A DNA stretch of 64,000 nt, from contig CAVSHF010000003.1 in NCBI GenBank assembly GCA_963727805.1, positions 1,280,001-1,344,000 on the forward strand, read 5' to 3'. Numbering within the stretch: position 1 is the stretch's first letter; every line of letters starts with the position of its first letter. Shown here in pieces: positions 59,881 through 64,000 of the stretch. This DNA is from an uncultured Nitrospiraceae bacterium. Lineage in GTDB: Bacteria; Nitrospirota; Thermodesulfovibrionia; Thermodesulfovibrionales; Dissulfurispiraceae. A model generated the notes under the pieces. That model did not search any database, was not told the origin of the DNA, and saw only the letters and a list, made by a program, of their open reading frames with translations. Both the position numbers and the translations under genes were made by a program.

Positions 59881-60006
59881 GAGGAGGAATTTAAGTAGTA
59901 ATGCGCTAAGATAAAATCATATTTTGAGGTCGTAGTTGAATACCGCATTCCGAAACCCCAGTCAAGATGTGTTTTTACAGTAAATTCACATAATCTCTTA
60001 TACAGA

Positions 60007-60216
60007 TCATTTTGCCTGCTTCTTGTATTGATAAATCAGATTTTTCATCTCCTGAGATTCGGCCTTCAGCGTTCCGATCTTGTTCTCCCTGGTATATTCG
60101 CCTTCAAAAACATCGAAATCCCCATGCTGGTTCGCTACGTATTTCTTTCCCTCATGTTCATAGCACGTGACCAGCATATTGCTGTATAAAGAACGCACAT
60201 GAGTCATTGCAACCAT
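60007..60216 (-). CDS. Small hypothetical protein
   Basis: Strong RBS GAGGAGG, co-oriented directly after yajQ. Confidence 0.7.
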   Translation of the reverse strand: MVAMTHVRSLYSNMLVTCYEHEGKKYVANQHGDFDVFEGEYTRENKIGTLKAESQEMKNLIYQYKKQAK

Positions 60217-60234
60217 AGGTCCTCCTCTTCCGTT

Positions 60235-60732
60235 TTATCGGTAATTCGTAAATTGCACGTGAATCCCTAGATCCTTTCCCTTAATCAAAGCCATAAGCGT
60301 CTGGAGGTCATCGATTTTTTTGCCCCTCACCCTGACCTGGTCTTTCTGTATTTCAGCGTTTACTTTGAGCTTCGTATCCTTGATGATCCTGACAATCTCT
60401 TTAGCCTTTTCCTGGGGTATGCCTTGCTGGAGTGTAATGACCTGCCTGACCGTGCTGCCAGCCGCCTGTTCTATCTTGCCGTAAGTCAGTGCTTTCAGCG
60501 AGACACCCCTCTTTACGAGTTTTGACTGGAGGACCTCGGTAACACTCTTTAGCTTGAATTCATCATCCGACACCAGTGTGATAATTGCCTTGCCCTTGTC
60601 GAGTTCGATAGAGCTCTTACTGCCTTTGAAATCAAACCGCTGGCCTATTTCCTTCTCTGCCTGGGTAACAGCGTTTAAAACCTCTTGCATATCAATTTCG
60701 CACGCAATATCAAAAGTATGTTCATCAGCCAT
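60235..60732 (-). CDS. yajQ: YajQ-family nucleotide/c-di-GMP-binding protein
   Basis: [29 protein letters not shown]. Confidence 0.95.
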   Translation of the reverse strand: MADEHTFDIACEIDMQEVLNAVTQAEKEIGQRFDFKGSKSSIELDKGKAIITLVSDDEFKLKSVTEVLQSKLVKRGVSLKALTYGKIEQAAGSTVRQVITLQQGIPQEKAKEIVRIIKDTKLKVNAEIQKDQVRVRGKKIDDLQTLMALIKGKDLGIHVQFTNYR

Positions 60733-60830
60733 TGAGGACCTCCTGACAACTTAGTCCATTTTGATTATTATATCATAAAGGCTTCCCTTAGCGGTTGCAC
60801 AAAGCCCCACATTCCCTTTAATATTAAAGC

Positions 60831-61301
60831 ATGTTCGACCGATGCATCCCGCCCCGTTTTACCCTGAGCCTGAAGTTCATTATCGGATGTAGCCTCACGC
60901 TAATCATTGCCCTCGGCATCTCTTTTCATTTTCTCGCTGAACGACAGGAGAAGCTCATTATGGGGCAGGTCGAAAGAGAGGTTAGGGTCCTTTTCAAGCA
61001 GATCGTCATTACAAGAGAGTCGGTTGCAGACCACGGCGGCATCTTCATCAAACGTCTTCCTTCAGTAAAGCCGAGCCTTTATGTTCCCAATCCTGAGATC
61101 GTTGATGTGAATGGAAAACGTTACATCATAAAAACTCTCGCCATGCTTACAAAGGACCTTTCCGAATACGCCAAAGAGCAGGGGCTTTAGTGGTTCCGTA
61201 TAACAAGCCTTAAGCTTACCAATCCGGAAAATGCGCCGGACGAGTTCGAGATCAGGCAGTACCCGGCACCACAGGGACTTTCCTTTCATAGTACAATGTA
61301 A
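60831..61301 (+). pseudogene. Truncated DUF3365 (Tll0287-like) sensor domain with an internal TAG
   Basis: TM segment and ADHGGIF, TAG at 61188-61190, then in-frame WFRITSLKLTNPENAPDEFE. No downstream CxxCH. Confidence 0.65.
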
Positions 61302-61318
61302 GCAGGAGACTAAAATAA

Positions 61319-62389
61319 ATGGACAGGGAAAAAATTCATGAGATTATCATCAACAATCTTCCGCACGGCTTTTCGCTCGTCGATAAAGAGGGCATCATTA
61401 TCGAATTCAATCGCGCCGCCGAGGAGTTGACGGGGTATTCGAAGAGTGATGTTATCGGGCGCTCGCATCTGGAGATTTTCCACAGCACTTCTGATAAATC
61501 GAAATGTCCCCTTATGCAATTCACCGTACACGAAAAAAAAGGCTTTGATTCTCTCGAAAGCCTCCTGAAGAAGAAGAACGGCGAAACAATTATGATTTCG
61601 GTCACCGTCTTTCCTATTTATGATACGAACGGTTCATTTATGGGCGGCGTTGAGCTTTTCAGGGACATCACGGCCCAGAAGAAAAGAGAGCGTGAGCATA
61701 AGAACATCCTTTCTATGTTCGCACATGACATGAAAAACCCGGTAGTCATAGCTCGCGGGTTCCTGGCGCGCCTGCTTTCAGAAAAAGCCGGTGACGTGAC
61801 CGAAAAACAACGTGAGTATTATGGCTTGATGGAAGAGGAACTCAAGAGACTACACGAACTCATTTCTGATTTTCTTCAATTTTCCCGTTTTGAAGCTAAA
61901 GAATATGTCCCTGTGCTTTCTTCGTTCAATATCACCGATGCATTGTTGGAACATGTAAGATTCGCCAAAGTTGAGGCAGATATAAAAAATATCAATATCG
62001 TATGCGACATCCCCACTGGTGATCATAGCCCCCTAATGGCTGACGGGTCGATGATCAGCAGGGTTGTCTCGAACCTCCTTGATAATGCAATCAAATACAC
62101 CAATCCCGGTGGAACCATTGTCGTCACGATCGCCGACCGAAACAATTATCTCCTTGTTAGCATAAAAGACACCGGAGTCGGTATTTCTAAAGAACACCTG
62201 CCCTTTATCTTTGATGCTTTTTACCGAGTAAGCAAGGACAGCAAAGGCTCGGGACTCGGTCTTTTTATCGCAAAGACCATCGTGGAAGCCCACGGCGGGA
62301 CAATCTGGGTGGAGAGCGTTCCCTCAGAGGGCAGTACTTTTTCCTTCACCCTCCCTAAAAAATTGTGCGAGATGGCCTTATTATCCTAA
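61319..62389 (+). CDS. Cytoplasmic PAS sensor histidine kinase
   Basis: PAS (FNRAAEELTGY), FAHDMKNP, NLLDNAIKY, DTGVGI, GSGLGL. Confidence 0.92.
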   Translation: MDREKIHEIIINNLPHGFSLVDKEGIIIEFNRAAEELTGYSKSDVIGRSHLEIFHSTSDKSKCPLMQFTVHEKKGFDSLESLLKKKNGETIMISVTVFPIYDTNGSFMGGVELFRDITAQKKREREHKNILSMFAHDMKNPVVIARGFLARLLSEKAGDVTEKQREYYGLMEEELKRLHELISDFLQFSRFEAKEYVPVLSSFNITDALLEHVRFAKVEADIKNINIVCDIPTGDHSPLMADGSMISRVVSNLLDNAIKYTNPGGTIVVTIADRNNYLLVSIKDTGVGISKEHLPFIFDAFYRVSKDSKGSGLGLFIAKTIVEAHGGTIWVESVPSEGSTFSFTLPKKLCEMALLS

Positions 62390-62828
62390 CATCCTTTCCC
62401 TGCAGAACTCGCAGGACTGATTATCAATGCCTATGAGAAAATCCAAGCTGATTCTGTTCACCCTCCTTTGGAATCCGGCTAAGTTAACTCCAGACCGCGA
62501 AGCCATTACCTGACACTCTCCGAGGCAGAACGACAATGTCTTGCTGGGTGTATCCGAAACAAGGTATCAGTATCGAAAAAGCGCTGCAGGGAAGGATAGT
62601 CGAACCTTTAAATCAGACCCAAAGAGGTCGCAAGGCTAAGATCTGCAGCACCGACTGTGGGCTCTCATTGTCAAAATTTCGTAGACATATTGGGCGACAG
62701 CGGCAAAGGAAGTGCTTTCTTCTTTACTCAACCGTTAAACATATCATAACATTGTTGCCTCCATTTGGCTACAAGGCGTGATACCACTATACTGAACGTA
62801 TGACTACCTATTCGAAGGAAGGTGTGGT

Positions 62829-63266
62829 ATGGATAAGATAGTTGTCGTAGCTGATCTCGGCCATTTTAGTGCGTACAGATTTTCAAAGACCCCGCAGGGA
62901 ACAGGAAAACTTGATCTGATCGAAAGCTTCGATTCCATCGAGGCCCATGGGAGGTATTCCGAAAAAGTTACCGATCAGGCGGGCAAGTTCGGGGCTGCGA
63001 ACGGAAAAAATTGGGCCAAGGGATATGGGGAAGCGCACAACATTGATATCGAAAATGAAAAGAGGATTATAAAGAATATTGCTAAAACGATTCATAAGAT
63101 TATCAAAGAGGGGACTTGCGACAGCTGGCATCTCGCTGCCGAAAAGGCCATCAATGGCCAAATAGTAGATTATCTTGAGCCAGCGGTGAAGGCCAAGCTC
63201 GAAAAGAATATCGCCGCTAATCTTACAAAAGCCGATAAAAACGAAATTATAAGCAGATTCCTATAA
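62829..63266 (+). CDS. Host attachment protein family (release-factor-like fold)
   Basis: IVVVADLG, DQAGKF, WHLAA, ANLTK. Confidence 0.7.
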   Translation: MDKIVVVADLGHFSAYRFSKTPQGTGKLDLIESFDSIEAHGRYSEKVTDQAGKFGAANGKNWAKGYGEAHNIDIENEKRIIKNIAKTIHKIIKEGTCDSWHLAAEKAINGQIVDYLEPAVKAKLEKNIAANLTKADKNEIISRFL

Positions 63267-63273
63267 AATTACG

Positions 63274-63999
63274 CTAAACTTTGAACGAGAGCGGGTTGTC
63301 TTTCCCGACAGCCCGCCGGCATGCTGTGATACAGTCACCACAGTTGTGGCAAAGGGGATATATTGTTCCGCCCATAGGATTGAGGCCCAATTGGCATGCC
63401 TTAACACATTCTCCGCATTTTATGCATTGGTCTGTCTCTCTCCGATAGGTGACCGACATGGTCTTTGCGATCCTGAAAATCCCGAGAAAGCCACCGACCG
63501 GACAAATATAGTTACACCACCCTCTGCGGATCATGAAAAATTCAAAAATGATGATAACCCCTATAAGCCCCAACTCCACACCCACTGCGCTAGACATCAA
63601 ATAATAAGATATTTGGACCGAAATGATTCCCGGCGCAGAGATAAGATTGGCAACAGGAAAGCCCAGAATCACAGTGAGAGTGAGCATGACAGCGAGGACT
63701 GCATATCGCGGCATGGGAGTTAGAGGCAAGCTAAAAGGCCGTTGAACCCCGATCTTTCTCGACAGGAAATCAAAAAGTTCGGAGAGCGCATTCTGCGGGC
63801 ACATCCAGCCACAAAAAACCCGTCCAAAGACAAGTGCAAATACTATCGGGATAGACATTGAAACTATCAGCGTTGCATCAGCGCTGAGGGTCGTCAGAAT
63901 GACCTGTAGGCCGCTTAATGGATCGGTTATCCAAATCGGCCCGATGGCAAGAGAATAAAGACTTCCAATTAAAGCATCGATGCCTCTCTTATTCAGCAT
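63274..63999 (-). CDS. napH: NapH/MauN-type membrane polyferredoxin (5'-partial)
   Basis: GRVFCGWMCP, RGWCNYICPVG, CIKCGECVKAC, CHNCGDCITAC. Confidence 0.75.
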   Translation of the reverse strand: MLNKRGIDALIGSLYSLAIGPIWITDPLSGLQVILTTLSADATLIVSMSIPIVFALVFGRVFCGWMCPQNALSELFDFLSRKIGVQRPFSLPLTPMPRYAVLAVMLTLTVILGFPVANLISAPGIISVQISYYLMSSAVGVELGLIGVIIIFEFFMIRRGWCNYICPVGGFLGIFRIAKTMSVTYRRETDQCIKCGECVKACQLGLNPMGGTIYPLCHNCGDCITACRRAVGKDNPLSFKV

Positions 64000-64000
64000 A

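Noticed and set aside
39618..61301. Stop-codon recoding suggested by in-frame TAGs in two remnants (39637, 61188)
   Set aside because: Intact genes such as gnd and the OYE gene end at TAG at the expected length, and at least the DUF3365 remnant is also truncated.
1..64000. CRISPR arrays, tRNA/rRNA genes, prophage and defence systems
   Set aside because: No regularly spaced repeats, cloverleaf or rRNA signatures, or phage/defence proteins were recognised by eye.

Overview
A 64 kb chromosomal window from what looks like an anaerobic Nitrospirota- or Desulfobacterota-like bacterium (inferred from gene content only). From left to right it carries: a nitroreductase and a Dpp/Opp ABC transporter; a pentose-phosphate operon (tkt-tal-rpiB-zwf-pgl-gnd) downstream of a TIM-barrel/GH13 pair; a frameshifted AlkD; fumC; an orphan sensor kinase; a CIRCE-controlled hsp20x3-degP cluster; an OYE flavoprotein and a B12 radical SAM enzyme. 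Next comes a six-gene locus: a split TauE/SafE transporter with a large exported domain, a Tat-less PsrA/PhsA-type molybdoenzyme, two Fe-S subunits and a NuoF-C/GltD-type NADPH flavoprotein, with no membrane anchor. It is followed by SulP plus a cytidylate-kinase-like gene, a decayed island with an IS end and an apparently complete ORF-less group II intron, uppP, an RND pump, a thermonuclease, an intact IS630, a cold-shock gene, a stress cluster, a probable 6S RNA, yajQ and a NapH-like gene. The best candidates for new biology are the soluble NADPH-linked sulfur-oxyanion molybdoenzyme/TauE locus (27.3-34.6 kb) and the 638-nt ORF-less group II intron (39834-40471). All calls come from motif recognition by eye; no database search or folding program was run.
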